A stretch of DNA of 64,000 bases from the NCBI GenBank assembly GCA_964634305.1, contig CAZWLE010000001.1:78120-142119 (forward strand), in the 5' to 3' direction. The notes beneath the pieces are model-generated. The model worked only from the letters and a program-made list of their open reading frames with translations, made no database searches and had not been told where the DNA came from. This document shows, one piece after another, positions 9,370 through 19,323 of this stretch. Source of the DNA: an uncultured Candidatus Saccharibacteria bacterium (lineage in GTDB: Bacteria > Patescibacteriota > Minisyncoccia > Phycocordibacterales > Phycocordibacteraceae). How positions within the stretch are numbered: the stretch's first letter is position 1; every line of letters begins with the position of its first letter. A program made the translations under genes and the position numbers.

Positions 9370-10317
9370 ATGGAATACCACATCACACTTCCGTCTAAGC
9401 CCCGCGTTGTCTCTGAAGAAGGTCTCCAGGGTGTATACGAGATAGATTCACTCTATCCGGGCTACGGCCACACGCTTGGCAACTCCCTTCGCCGCATTAT
9501 TCTTTCTTCGCTCCCAGGCGCTGCTGTTACGTCGGTGAAAATCGATGACGTCGCGCATGAGTTTGCGACGATGGACGGCGTTCGCGAGTCCGTTATGGAG
9601 CTTTTGCTTAACCTCCGCCGCGTACACTTCGTCCTTCACGGCGATGAGGCACAGACCATTCGCCTTTCTGCAAAGGGTCCTAAGAAGCTTACGGCTGCTG
9701 ACCTTACGCTTCCTTCACAGGTAACGGTGTCTAATCCAGACGCGTATCTCTGTGAGATTTCTGGTAAGAACGGTATCGAGCTTGAAGCAACCATTGAGCG
9801 TGGTCTTGGCTACGTCGCTCGTGAGCAACTCACCAAGGAGAAGGTAGACATCGGCACGATTGCGCTTGATGCAACCTTCACCCCTATTCGCCGCGTTAAC
9901 TACGAAGTAGAGAACATGCGCGTTGGTGATCGCACCGACTTCAACCGCCTTCGCATTCTCATCGAGACCAACGGTACCCTCACGCCTCGTGAGGCTCTTG
10001 AGAAGTCGATTGAGACCATGATTCACCAGTTGAAGTCCGTCATCGGCTTCCAGGAAGAGACTGAATCGTCATCGTCTGATAGCGATGAAGGCGCATCTCC
10101 GGTCGTTGGCTCTGACCCAGCAAAGATGAAAATCTCTGACCTTGGTCTCTCGTCTCGCACTGCAACGGCACTTGCCGACGGCGGCGTAAAGACGGTAGCG
10201 GGTCTTCTTCGCAAGTCAGCATCTGCGCTTAAGGAGCTCGACGGCGTTGGCGACAAGGCAGTCACGGAAATCACCGAGGCGCTTGATAAGCTTGGCCTTG
10301 AGTTGAAGGGCGAATAA
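9370..10317 (+). CDS. rpoA: RNA polymerase subunit alpha
   Basis: GYGHTLGNSLRRIILSSLPG, FTPIRRVNYEVE, C-terminal helix-hairpin domain. Confidence 0.98.
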   Translation: MEYHITLPSKPRVVSEEGLQGVYEIDSLYPGYGHTLGNSLRRIILSSLPGAAVTSVKIDDVAHEFATMDGVRESVMELLLNLRRVHFVLHGDEAQTIRLSAKGPKKLTAADLTLPSQVTVSNPDAYLCEISGKNGIELEATIERGLGYVAREQLTKEKVDIGTIALDATFTPIRRVNYEVENMRVGDRTDFNRLRILIETNGTLTPREALEKSIETMIHQLKSVIGFQEETESSSSDSDEGASPVVGSDPAKMKISDLGLSSRTATALADGGVKTVAGLLRKSASALKELDGVGDKAVTEITEALDKLGLELKGE

Positions 10318-10327
10318 ATAATTAGGT

Positions 10328-10678
10328 ATGCGTCACCACGTTAAAGGAAGGAATCTCGGACGGCCGCGCGATCAGCGCAAGGCCCTCTTGAAGTCGCTCA
10401 CGCGCTCGCTCATTCTCCATGAGCGTATCTCAACGACCGAGGCGAAAGCCAAGGAGATACGCCCTATGGTTGAGAAGCTCGTGACCCGCGCGAAGACGGA
10501 TACGGTTGCAAACCGCCGTCTCGTGTCTTCCCGCGTCGGCGACGCAGAGGCCGTCAAGAAGCTCTTCACGGCTATTGCTCCTCGCTACAAGACTCGTGCC
10601 GGTGGCTACGTGCGCATCGTTAAGCGTGCACCACGCGCTGACGGTCGCCGCACCGCGTACATCGCATTCGTAAAGTAA
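10328..10678 (+). CDS. rplQ: 50S ribosomal protein L17
   Basis: MRHHVKGRNLGR, ISTTEAKAK, GGYVRI. Confidence 0.98.
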   Translation: MRHHVKGRNLGRPRDQRKALLKSLTRSLILHERISTTEAKAKEIRPMVEKLVTRAKTDTVANRRLVSSRVGDAEAVKKLFTAIAPRYKTRAGGYVRIVKRAPRADGRRTAYIAFVK

Positions 10679-10682
10679 TCGT

Positions 10683-11087
10683 ATGGCTACCACTCGCATG
10701 AACAAGGACGACCGCAACCGCATCGCACATTCCGTTGCTCCACTTGAGTACACGATTGATGCTTCGGGCAAGACGCTTGGCCGCGTTGCGTCTGACGCTG
10801 CGCAGGCACTCCTTGGTAAGAAGTCCGCACACTACGTGCAGAACAAAGTGCTTCCAGTAAAAGTCACGATTACGAACGCAAAAAAGCTTAAGCTCACCGA
10901 ACAGCGTCTTGCGGAGAAGGCATACACCCGCTACACGGGTCACGTTGCCGGTCTTCGTCACTTCACGCTTCCTGAGCTCATTGCAAAGAAGGGTGTTGCT
11001 GCGGCGATTGAGAAAGCCGTCGACGGCATGATTCCACGCAACAAGCTCCGCAAGGAGCGCATGAAGCGCCTTACCATAACTGATTAA
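10683..11087 (+). CDS. rplM: 50S ribosomal protein L13
   Basis: IDASGKTLGRVAS, AVDGMIPRNKL. Confidence 0.97.
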   Translation: MATTRMNKDDRNRIAHSVAPLEYTIDASGKTLGRVASDAAQALLGKKSAHYVQNKVLPVKVTITNAKKLKLTEQRLAEKAYTRYTGHVAGLRHFTLPELIAKKGVAAAIEKAVDGMIPRNKLRKERMKRLTITD

Positions 11088-11091
11088 TACG

Positions 11092-11490
11092 ATGCCTGAT
11101 CTCGCCTACACTACCGCTGTTGGTCGCCGCAAAACGGCTACTGCACGCGTGAAGCTCGCCCCAGCAGGGAAGATGAGCGTCGTTGTTAATGGTCTTCCCG
11201 CCGACCAGTACTTCAAGACCAAAGAGCGCCAGGGGGTTACCCGTGATGCGTTCAAGGTTGAGGGTGTCGACGGCACCTTTGAGGTAACGGCAAACGTTTC
11301 TGGTGGCGGTGTTACCGCTCAAGCAGAAGCAGTCCGTATGGCTGTTGCTCGTGCACTCGAGAAACACAACGCAAACCTCCGTAAGCCACTCAAGGCTGCG
11401 GGGTACTTGAAGCGCGACCCACGCTCGGTTGAGCGTAAGAAGCCGGGTCTTTTGAAGGCTCGCAAGCGTCCATCTTGGAGTAAGCGCTAA
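11092..11490 (+). CDS. rpsI: 30S ribosomal protein S9
   Basis: GRRKTATARV, GGGVTAQA, ERKKPGLLKARKRPSWSKR. Confidence 0.98.
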   Translation: MPDLAYTTAVGRRKTATARVKLAPAGKMSVVVNGLPADQYFKTKERQGVTRDAFKVEGVDGTFEVTANVSGGGVTAQAEAVRMAVARALEKHNANLRKPLKAAGYLKRDPRSVERKKPGLLKARKRPSWSKR

Positions 11491-11527
11491 AACAAAACAC
11501 CCGCCTTTTGGCGGGTGTTTTGTTTTA
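11489..11527. terminator. Bidirectional terminator after rpsI
   Basis: AAAACAAAACACCCGCC-tttt-GGCGGGTGTTTTGTTTT. Confidence 0.85.
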
Positions 11528-11543
11528 GACCATTCTCATAACG

Positions 11544-11572
11544 TTGACAGTATGGAATAGATTTAGCATAGT
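11544..11572 (+). promoter_or_regulatory. Sigma70-type promoter
   Basis: TTGACA-17 nt-CATAGT upstream of ORF 11623. Confidence 0.55.
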
Positions 11573-11622
11573 GCAAAAACGATATTTCAGTACCGGAGTA
11601 CAACGCCATACAGGAGACTGAA

Positions 11623-12045
11623 ATGGCAAACATACGTGCAGAAGTAGCGACGACAGCATTGATGCTCGACCGGATGAACCCTGGCTACGCGGCCCACATC
11701 GACGTGTCGATTTTGGACTTCAACGGGCGTAATGCCCATACGTCCTGCATCTTGGCGCAGTTGCACGGCGGCAGCTATCTGGAGGGCTTGTATGTCCTCA
11801 AGGCCCGCGGCGTTTCGCAAGAAGAGCGCGAAGGCTTTTTCGCTCCCGCGGACAGCCTGTTGGTGTTCGGCCACTATCTGAGCTGGCTCGCCCCCTTTTT
11901 CGGATTCGTGGCGAACGAGCGCATGAAAGCGGCGTGGCGTTACGAAATCAAGAAACGACTTCGCAATCCGTCAGCATACCTCGTCGAGGCTCCTCCCAAG
12001 GAGCACGCCGAGCAAGTCGAAGAGCCTCACAGGCTCGCCGCCTGA
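11623..12045 (+). CDS. Hypothetical protein, possibly phage-derived
   Basis: AGGAG SD; LD..PG....ID...LD....CILAQL.G pattern; C-terminus ...RLAA. Confidence 0.7.
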   Translation: MANIRAEVATTALMLDRMNPGYAAHIDVSILDFNGRNAHTSCILAQLHGGSYLEGLYVLKARGVSQEEREGFFAPADSLLVFGHYLSWLAPFFGFVANERMKAAWRYEIKKRLRNPSAYLVEAPPKEHAEQVEEPHRLAA

Positions 12046-12148
12046 CCTTGCATGCACTGCAATTCGCCCGCCCTTGGAGCAATCCTTGTGGCGGGCGTTG
12101 TGTATCGTATATTTTGACGCCCGTACTACTTTCGGGCATATTCTAGAA

Positions 12149-12694
12149 ATGAATACGAACAGCTCTCAGGATGATGTAGTAGTCGAAGCAGACGGCTCCG
12201 AGGAGCTTAGCGCAGATGACGCGAGTGAAGCATCCGGAAAAGTTGCAAAGCAGAAATCTGAGATAGAGCGCCTACGCGAAGAGAAGCAGGAATATCTCGA
12301 CGGCTGGCAGCGCGCGAAGGCGGACTATGTAAACGCGCTGAAGCGTTTTGAGGCAGAGAAGAAGGCGGCCGTTGAGCTTGGAAAAGTATTTTCAGTACAG
12401 GCATTCATTCCGGTCATGGATACCCTTGATAGGGCAGAGGCAGCAGGTGAGGTTCCTGAAGTTATGCGTGGTATTGCAAAGCAATTACATGACGCCGCAA
12501 AGACGCTCGGTCTTGAACGATTTGGCACAGTAGGCGAGGTGTTTGACCCAACACTCCACGAAGCGCTCGGCCAGGACCCTACGGAAGATAAGGAAAAGGA
12601 TGACACGGTTACAACCGTCCTCGAGGCAGGATGGCGCAGTGGCGCGCTTGTTATTCGTGCTGCAAAAGTACGTGTTGCGCATTTCGAAGGATAG
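12149..12694 (+). CDS. grpE: Nucleotide exchange factor GrpE
   Basis: WQRAKADYVN, FDPTLHEA, VIRAAKVRV; start moved to ATG 12149. Confidence 0.95.
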   Translation: MNTNSSQDDVVVEADGSEELSADDASEASGKVAKQKSEIERLREEKQEYLDGWQRAKADYVNALKRFEAEKKAAVELGKVFSVQAFIPVMDTLDRAEAAGEVPEVMRGIAKQLHDAAKTLGLERFGTVGEVFDPTLHEALGQDPTEDKEKDDTVTTVLEAGWRSGALVIRAAKVRVAHFEG

Positions 12695-12751
12695 GTAACA
12701 AGCCCACCCGAACCCAACCTCCGGAGCGGACTTCTGTCATATCTGACGTGC

Positions 12752-12958
12752 CTATGCCCGCATTACCTGAACGGCGTAGGGTCCACTACGACTCTCAACG
12801 ATAGAGAAGACCAGTTTGTCGCCTTTCTTAAGATTGCTAAACGAAACCTCTACAAGATCATCGGAATGAAAGAAGAGTGGTTCTTTGAAGCCAACACAGC
12901 GCACAAAACCCGAGCTTCGTTCAGTGAGTTCTACAATTGTGCCTTTTTGATTTTGCAT
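12752..12958 (-). CDS. Cold-shock domain protein (divergent paralog)
   Basis: GFVR, LFFHSDDL, GPYAVQV. Confidence 0.85.
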   Translation of the reverse strand: MQNQKGTIVELTERSSGFVRCVGFKEPLFFHSDDLVEVSFSNLKKGDKLVFSIVESRSGPYAVQVMRA

Positions 12959-13004
12959 GGGAGAGGAGTGAATGAGAAAGCGCCCATACGGGCGCTTATC
13001 TCGC

Positions 13005-13208
13005 TTAGGAAACCCGAGAGACCTTTACGGCCTTCGGACCCTTGTCGCCTTGCTCAACCTCGAACTCCAGGGTGTCGCCCTTCTGGAGGTCATCGAACGA
13101 CGCATTCACCAGCTCGTTGGAGTGGAAGAAGAGGTCCTTCTCCTGTCCTTCGATTTTGATGAATCCGAAGCCCTTATCGGTGAGACCAGCTATGATGCCT
13201 TTTTGCAT
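13005..13208 (-). CDS. cspA: Cold-shock domain protein
   Basis: KGFGFI (RNP1), DLFFH (RNP2), GPKAVKV; TTGACA-17-TATTTT promoter at 13334-13306 gives a ~90-nt leader. Confidence 0.93.
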   Translation of the reverse strand: MQKGIIAGLTDKGFGFIKIEGQEKDLFFHSNELVNASFDDLQKGDTLEFEVEQGDKGPKAVKVSRVS

Positions 13209-13431
13209 GTAGTGGTACTACAGTGAATCTAGTAACCATCAAATACAGGAGGCTGTAATCCGAAGTTCGACAAAATCGTAACCTCAGCGCTGCGGTTGAT
13301 GTTCTGAAAATATCATTTTTTATAATTTCTGTCAAATTCCTTTGGAGAGTGACCCTTCCGTTATCAGAGAGTCTTTGCTACTACTGTAGATAGCCTGTAC
13401 ATATCCACGGGCGTTTTTAGGGAGCTGCGAA

Positions 13432-13578
13432 ATGGCTTCGAATGACGGTTGGAACATGCGTCCGATACACTGGTTCCTTCTTGTGATAGCACTTGTGGCA
13501 TTTGCTGCAGGCAGCTGGCAGATGGACGAGGCGGATCAGCATTTCCAACAAGTGGTCGAGCTAGAAATCGCTCAATAA
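13432..13578 (+). CDS. 48-aa single-TM micro-protein (MASNDGWNMRPIHWFLLVIALVAFAAGSW...)
   Basis: AGGGAG SD, TM helix, downstream hairpin TACGCCGCC/GGCGGCGTA. Confidence 0.5.
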   Translation: MASNDGWNMRPIHWFLLVIALVAFAAGSWQMDEADQHFQQVVELEIAQ

Positions 13579-13703
13579 CAAACGCTCGCAACAATATACG
13601 CCGCCGGTCCTTCAGGGTTGGCGGCGTATTCTATTGACTTTTTAGGAATTTGTTATATCTTAGTATTCAGCTACAACCGTCGTAGCTTTTTGGGGATGCT
13701 GTA

Positions 13704-13865
13704 ATGGCTGAAAAATTCATGCTCTCGATAATTACGGTTCTGGTTCTGGGTTCGCTCACGTACCACGTGTTGCGCGAAACCGACCCGACCTATGCTTCGA
13801 GGCTTGCCCAAGCCGTCTGTGCTTACGACCAAACTCTTCCGCATTGCCCACGGCAGGCGAGTTGA
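13704..13865 (+). CDS. 53-aa single-TM micro-protein with C-terminal Cys pair (MAEKFMLSIITVLVLGSLTY...VCAYDQTLPHCPRQAS)
   Basis: TTGACT promoter at 13634, GGGGA SD, downstream hairpin ACGGCCCGCGCT/AGCGCGGGCCGT. Confidence 0.5.
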   Translation: MAEKFMLSIITVLVLGSLTYHVLRETDPTYASRLAQAVCAYDQTLPHCPRQAS

Positions 13866-14016
13866 GCCGTAAGACCAGGCGTTACAACGGCCCGCGCTAC
13901 AGAGCGCGGGCCGTCTTGCGTCCTGCTTGAAACCAATCTTTGAGAAGCGTAGTATGACCCTATACAGGGCTAGGGTTTCATCTTTTACCAATCCGCAACA
14001 CATAAGCTTTCTCTCT

Positions 14017-15894
14017 ATGGCGAAAATACTCGGCATCGATTTGGGCACGACTAATTCCGCGATGGCCATCATGGAAGGTGGCGAACCACGCGTTCTTGAG
14101 AACGCGGAAGGCGCACGCACGACTCCATCGATTGTTGCTATTGCTAAAAACGGCGAACGTCTCGTCGGTACGCTTGCAAAGCGTCAGGCAGTCACGAACC
14201 CAAAGAGCACTATTTACGGCATCAAGCGCTTTATGGGTCACCGCTTCACAGATGAGGCAGTGAGCAAGGATAAGGGCATTGTTCCGTACGAAATAAAGCA
14301 AGGACCAGATGGCGGTGTGCAGGTACACCTTGGCGATAAGGACTATCGTCCTGAAGAAGTCTCCGCGATGATTCTTGGAAAGCTGAAGGCTGATGCTGAA
14401 GCAAAGCTTGGTGAGAAAATTACCGAAGCAGTGATTACCGTTCCGGCATACTTTGACGACGCACAGCGCGCGGCTACCAAAGCCGCTGGTCAGGTCGCAG
14501 GCCTTGATGTTAAGCGCATCATCAACGAGCCAACCGCTGCGGCACTCGCGTACGGACTCAATAAAAAGAAAGATGAGAAGATTGCCGTCTACGACTTTGG
14601 TGGCGGTACCTTCGACGTCTCCATTCTTGAAGTAGGTGATGATGTCATCGAAGTAAAATCCACCGATGGCGACAGCCATATGGGTGGTCGCGATATCGAC
14701 CAGAAAATCGTCCGTTACCTTGCTGATGAGTTTAAGAAGGAGAGTGGTATTGATGTTACTAAGGACCCGCTCGCGCTTCAGCGTCTTGATGAGGGTGCAG
14801 AGAAGGCAAAGATTGAGCTCTCCTCTGCCGCAGAAACGGAAGTAAACATTCCATTCATTTCCGTTGACTCAAATGGCACGCCACAGCACCTTCTCGTGAA
14901 GCTCTCACGCGCAACGCTTGAATCGCTTGCCGAAGAGTTTGTGACGCGCTCAATGGATATCACGAAGCGCGCACTCGAGGCATCAGGCTTCAAGGCAAGC
15001 GATATCAACGAAATCATCATGGTAGGTGGTCAGACCCGCATGCCGCTCATTAAGGAAGAGGTGAAGAAGCTCTTCGGAAAGGAACCACATCTTGGTGTTA
15101 ACCCAGACGAAGTGGTAGCGATTGGCGCCGCGATTCAGGCCGGTATTCTCCAGGGTGACGTCAAAGATATTCTTCTCGTCGATGTTATTCCGCTCTCCCT
15201 CTCGATTGAAACGATGGGGGGCGTAGCGACGAAGCTTATTGAGCGCAACACCGCGATTCCAACCAGCCGCTCACAGACCTTCTCAACGGCGTCAGATAAT
15301 CAGACCTCGGTAGAGATTCATGTGACCCAAGGTGAGCGCGCCATGAGTAATGACAACAAGTCGCTTGGGCGCTTTAACCTCGACGGCATCCCACCAGCAC
15401 CACGTGGACTCCCACAGGTGGAAGTTACCTTTGATGTCGATAGTAACGGTATTCTCACCGTGAAGGCAAAAGAGAAGACCACGGGTAAGGAGCAGAGCAT
15501 CCGCATTGAAGGCTCCACCGGTCTATCAGAAGCTGACATTGAAAAGATGAAGAAGGATGCAGAGATGCATGCCGCAGACGACGCAAAGCGGAAAGACCTT
15601 GTCGACGCTAAGAACATGGCGGAACAGCTAGTCTATGCTGCAGAGAAGGCACTTAAAGAGAACGGTGACAAGATTCCGGAAGACGTTAAGAAAGATGTTG
15701 AGGACAAGATAGGCGACCTTCGTAAAGCACGTGAAGGTGAAGACCTCGACGCTATCAAGACAACAAGCGAAGCATTGTCTGCCTCCATGCAGAAGATTGG
15801 CGAGACGATGATGAAAGACCAGCCAGCAGCAGGCGATACACCACCAGAAACAGGAACGACTGATGCGGAGTTTACTGAAAAACCAAAAGAGTAA
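14017..15894 (+). CDS. dnaK: Chaperone DnaK
   Basis: [28 protein letters not shown]; start at MAKIL. Confidence 0.99.
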   Translation: MAKILGIDLGTTNSAMAIMEGGEPRVLENAEGARTTPSIVAIAKNGERLVGTLAKRQAVTNPKSTIYGIKRFMGHRFTDEAVSKDKGIVPYEIKQGPDGGVQVHLGDKDYRPEEVSAMILGKLKADAEAKLGEKITEAVITVPAYFDDAQRAATKAAGQVAGLDVKRIINEPTAAALAYGLNKKKDEKIAVYDFGGGTFDVSILEVGDDVIEVKSTDGDSHMGGRDIDQKIVRYLADEFKKESGIDVTKDPLALQRLDEGAEKAKIELSSAAETEVNIPFISVDSNGTPQHLLVKLSRATLESLAEEFVTRSMDITKRALEASGFKASDINEIIMVGGQTRMPLIKEEVKKLFGKEPHLGVNPDEVVAIGAAIQAGILQGDVKDILLVDVIPLSLSIETMGGVATKLIERNTAIPTSRSQTFSTASDNQTSVEIHVTQGERAMSNDNKSLGRFNLDGIPPAPRGLPQVEVTFDVDSNGILTVKAKEKTTGKEQSIRIEGSTGLSEADIEKMKKDAEMHAADDAKRKDLVDAKNMAEQLVYAAEKALKENGDKIPEDVKKDVEDKIGDLRKAREGEDLDAIKTTSEALSASMQKIGETMMKDQPAAGDTPPETGTTDAEFTEKPKE

Positions 15895-15900
15895 CGGCAT

Positions 15901-15931
15901 ACAAAAGAGCCCTCACCGGGCTCTTTTGTTA
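15901..15931 (+). terminator. Terminator after dnaK
   Basis: ACAAAAGAGCCC...GGGCTCTTTTGT. Confidence 0.75.
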
Positions 15932-15998
15932 CCACTGTACTCATGCTACAACGTGACTCCACGGTCCCGCGTCTCGGGACTGGCACAGGAGTGCTGAT

Positions 15999-16211
15999 AT
16001 GGAAAACTATGGTGGCTACATCGTATTGGGCATTGTAGGCATTCTCGCCATTCTCTGGGTCGTTAATGCTGCACGGGCACAATCTCGTTGCATCAATTGC
16101 GGCTGGATGGGGCGAGAATCGAGCGCTCTACGTAACGAGCCTGGTGCGCCGCCGCAGTGTCCTGACTGCCGTGGCTATCAGCTCAGACCTATGGGAGGCA
16201 AGCATGCCTGA
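15999..16211 (+). CDS. Small membrane-anchored zinc-ribbon protein
   Basis: AGGAG SD, N-terminal TM, CINC...CPDC. Confidence 0.7.
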   Translation: MENYGGYIVLGIVGILAILWVVNAARAQSRCINCGWMGRESSALRNEPGAPPQCPDCRGYQLRPMGGKHA

Positions 16212-16404
16212 ACGCTACGCTTTCGAAGAAGTGCGCGCCATGGTTGCGACCGCGGCAGAATACTTCTCGACGCTTTCGGTGGTCGAACAATGCTTGGTGC
16301 TTGCTGCTTCCGCGGCTGTGGCACTGACTTCGGTCTCTGCGTTCGTCTACCACGAAATGGTCTCTCACCGACACCATGCACGGAGGACGCGCGTACGCTT
16401 ATGA
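16204..16404 (+). CDS. Small membrane protein (MPERYAFEE...)
   Basis: GGAGG SD, overlaps the previous stop codon, one TM with a basic tail, hairpin downstream. Confidence 0.55.
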   Translation: MPERYAFEEVRAMVATAAEYFSTLSVVEQCLVLAASAAVALTSVSAFVYHEMVSHRHHARRTRVRL

Positions 16405-16491
16405 CGACCGCTCCTAGGTCATCCTCAACCAGGCGCTTCGGCGCCTGGTTTTGTATCTCTAGAGCGCAATTTGGTATAGTGGCCTCTACCT

Positions 16492-17553
16492 ATGGCGAAG
16501 AACTACTACGACGTGCTTGGTGTCGACAAGAAGGCGACGCAGGACGACATCAAGAAGGCATTTCGCAAACTTGCCCAGAAGCACCATCCTGACAAAGGAG
16601 GTGATGAATCGGTATTCAAAGAAGTAACGGAAGCGTACGCCGTTCTTGGTGATGAGCGTAAGCGTCGAGAGTACGACTCATACGGTCAGTCATTCCCCGG
16701 CGGTGCAGGACCAGGAGGGTTTGATTTCTCAGGCTTTCAAAACGGTGCAGGTGGCGTCGAGTTTGACCTTTCTGATTTGTTCGGCGACCTCGGCGATATC
16801 TTCGGTGGCGCACGAGGGGGACGACGTGTACGCCGTGGTCGCGACATTTCTATCGATGTTGAAATCGCGTTTAAGGATTCCATCCTCGGCGTGAAGCGCT
16901 CGGTGCTCATTACTAAAATTGGTAAGTGCGATACGTGTGATGGGTCTGGCGCAAAGCCAGGTACTGAAACCATTACCTGCACCACCTGTAACGGTCAGGG
17001 AAAAATTCGTGAGACCCGAAACTCACCGCTTGGGTCGTTTACGTCAGTGCGTGCCTGTGCCGCGTGTGACGGCTCCGGAAAGGTACCAAAAGAAAAGTGT
17101 AAGAACTGTTCCGGTCATGGCATCCTCCGTAAGGAAGAAGAGGTAAAGCTTGATATCCCTGCTGGTATTGATAACGGGGAAATGATTCGTCTGCCAGGAC
17201 GCGGTGAAGCAGTGAAGGGAGGCGTAGCGGGCGACCTCTACGTAAAAGTACACGTAAAAGCACACCCAACCTTCCGCAAAGAAGGTGCCAATATCGTGAT
17301 GGAGCTTCCCGTGAAATTAACCGATGCACTCCTTGGCACCACGGTTTCTATAACGACTATTGATGACAAGGTGCTTGAAGTAAAAGTGCCGGCTATGGCA
17401 AAGACTGAAGAAACCTTGCGACTGCGTGGTAAGGGGGTAGCCTTTGGCGACGCTGCTGGTGACCTTCTGATACACGTCACCACCACACTTCCAAAGAAAC
17501 TTTCAGGAAAGGCGAAAAAGGCTATAGAAGCACTCAAAGAAGAAGGACTGTAG
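16492..17553 (+). CDS. dnaJ: Chaperone DnaJ
   Basis: J-domain HPD, G/F region, four CxxCxGxG motifs. Confidence 0.98.
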   Translation: MAKNYYDVLGVDKKATQDDIKKAFRKLAQKHHPDKGGDESVFKEVTEAYAVLGDERKRREYDSYGQSFPGGAGPGGFDFSGFQNGAGGVEFDLSDLFGDLGDIFGGARGGRRVRRGRDISIDVEIAFKDSILGVKRSVLITKIGKCDTCDGSGAKPGTETITCTTCNGQGKIRETRNSPLGSFTSVRACAACDGSGKVPKEKCKNCSGHGILRKEEEVKLDIPAGIDNGEMIRLPGRGEAVKGGVAGDLYVKVHVKAHPTFRKEGANIVMELPVKLTDALLGTTVSITTIDDKVLEVKVPAMAKTEETLRLRGKGVAFGDAAGDLLIHVTTTLPKKLSGKAKKAIEALKEEGL

Positions 17554-17563
17554 AATAAGTCTC

Positions 17564-18394
17564 ATGGAAGGACCTCCAAAGAGAGACAAGATACCCTTGC
17601 TTCCATTTGAGGGAGAGCCGTTTTGGCATCCACGCCTTGAACCAGCAAAAGAACTCGACGTATTCGAGTTTGAATACCGCGCAGCAGAGCTATGGGCAAA
17701 ACATATTGGCGTGCCCACTATTGATGTAGTACGAGACAAAACGAATGATCTCCGCTGGGCAGCATTTTATGTTGGGTTTGATTTCAGAACAGGTAAGTAT
17801 CGGCCGGGCATTAATACTAGTGACCTCGTTGCTTCTGCATATAAGTCGTATCGCGCTATGCACGCAGAAGATACGATTCTTGAGCCATACCATGCTCCCG
17901 ATACGGCAGCGTTTGGGTGTATGAAATACGAGTTACGAGAAGCAGAAGGCTCAATAGGTATTCATTTCGATAACGCTGAGCGAGCAGTGGAAGGACCATT
18001 CTCACCAGAAGGGATTGAGCGTCGCAAACTTGAAATGCACGATTTGTTGGCAGCCGTAAAACAACGACACCCTGATATAGAAGTTGTTATGGGAAATTCG
18101 TGGCTGTATCACATCCCTGGCTACCGTTCACTATTCCCAGAAAGTTACGTTGAAAACCTTCATCCTGACCTTTCCGAAGATGAACTCAAGCGAGGATCAA
18201 CGGTATGGGGCCAATTCATTGACCGCAATAACCGTCTGAAGCGTGCAGAAGCGGATGCGTTTCTTAAAGCACTTGAGGAACTACCACCCGGTGCACCCTT
18301 TAGCGATGTATACGCTCCTAAAGGCCCCGTCTTACCACCTATGCGTGCTGAAGCACCTATCTCTGATTTTTATGAACACTACGGGATAGTGTGA
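17564..18394 (+). CDS. Hypothetical protein, possible GNAT-like acyltransferase
   Basis: IHF...GPFSPE...HPD....GNSWLY...LFP...WGQF pattern; fold is inferred. Confidence 0.7.
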   Translation: MEGPPKRDKIPLLPFEGEPFWHPRLEPAKELDVFEFEYRAAELWAKHIGVPTIDVVRDKTNDLRWAAFYVGFDFRTGKYRPGINTSDLVASAYKSYRAMHAEDTILEPYHAPDTAAFGCMKYELREAEGSIGIHFDNAERAVEGPFSPEGIERRKLEMHDLLAAVKQRHPDIEVVMGNSWLYHIPGYRSLFPESYVENLHPDLSEDELKRGSTVWGQFIDRNNRLKRAEADAFLKALEELPPGAPFSDVYAPKGPVLPPMRAEAPISDFYEHYGIV

Positions 18395-18429
18395 TTCTCT
18401 AGCAGAGTACGCTGCTATACTAAATGCTC

Positions 18430-18960
18430 ATGGAAGGCATAGATTCTGCCGCCCTCGAGATATCGACTATCGCGACCGACGCCGCATCCAACGTGTGGCT
18501 GTGGGGAGGAAACTTTCTCGCGATTATCGTGCTCATGATTGGGCTCTTTGTATTCGCCCTTCGCAAAGGCGGCTCTGGCCTGATTGCACTCAACCTCGCC
18601 CTCTACGCAGGCTACGCACTCTATATCGTATTCCCCTACAGGGACGCGGTAATAGCTATTGGTTCAACACCACTCATTCAGGCCATACTCTCGGTCACGC
18701 TCTTTATCTTCGCAACGTTCATGCCTTTTGTGATTATTCTCAAACTCACGGCGCAGTCGTTTGGTCAGCTTTCGGTGTTTCAAAACCTACTTCTCTCGTT
18801 TGCCGCATCGTGTTTTCTCATGGTGCTCGGCTACCACGTGTTTGATATTTCAAACATTTATTCGTTCTCTGAGCCGTTGAACTACCTCTTTGCTCCTGAA
18901 GGGTACTTCTTCTACTGGTTTATTGCGCCGCTTATCGGTGTGTTCTTCCTCGCTCGATAG
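18430..18960 (+). CDS. Multi-pass membrane protein
   Basis: About five hydrophobic segments; TGCTATACT box just upstream. Confidence 0.75.
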   Translation: MEGIDSAALEISTIATDAASNVWLWGGNFLAIIVLMIGLFVFALRKGGSGLIALNLALYAGYALYIVFPYRDAVIAIGSTPLIQAILSVTLFIFATFMPFVIILKLTAQSFGQLSVFQNLLLSFAASCFLMVLGYHVFDISNIYSFSEPLNYLFAPEGYFFYWFIAPLIGVFFLAR

Positions 18961-18961
18961 T

Positions 18962-19108
18962 ATGAAACTCGGCTTTCGTAACCTCATTATCACGCTCGGC
19001 ATCATTATGGTGCTGGCGTCAGGTTACCTTGGCGATTGGACCATCTGGATAGGGGCGCCAGTAGCATTCCTGGGAGTCATTCTTAAGTACGTGGACCGTG
19101 GGGGATAG
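18962..19108 (+). CDS. Small 2-TM protein
   Basis: MKLGFRNLIITLGII..., starts 1 nt after the upstream stop. Confidence 0.6.
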   Translation: MKLGFRNLIITLGIIMVLASGYLGDWTIWIGAPVAFLGVILKYVDRGG

Positions 19109-19126
19109 GAGTGCTATACCACCCCT

Positions 19127-19318
19127 ATGCGCGATTTCCTTTCATTCGCCCTCCTCATAATACTTGTGGTACCCGCTGCTGCAGGGCTCCTTATTATGCT
19201 AAAAAACGAGCTTGAGATTAAAAAGAATGTTAGTGGTGGTTACGGTATTCTTGTCATTGCAGGCTTTTTCATAGTGTTTGTTATCATGCCGGTCTTTGCA
19301 TACTTCGTACGTTTTTAA
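19127..19318 (+). CDS. Small 2-TM protein
   Basis: Two hydrophobic helices; fits operon spacing. Confidence 0.6.
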   Translation: MRDFLSFALLIILVVPAAAGLLIMLKNELEIKKNVSGGYGILVIAGFFIVFVIMPVFAYFVRF

Positions 19319-19323
19319 TCCCT

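Noticed and set aside
12050-14016. CIRCE element for the chaperone genes
   Set aside because: TTAGCACTC-N9-GAGTGCTAA was not found.
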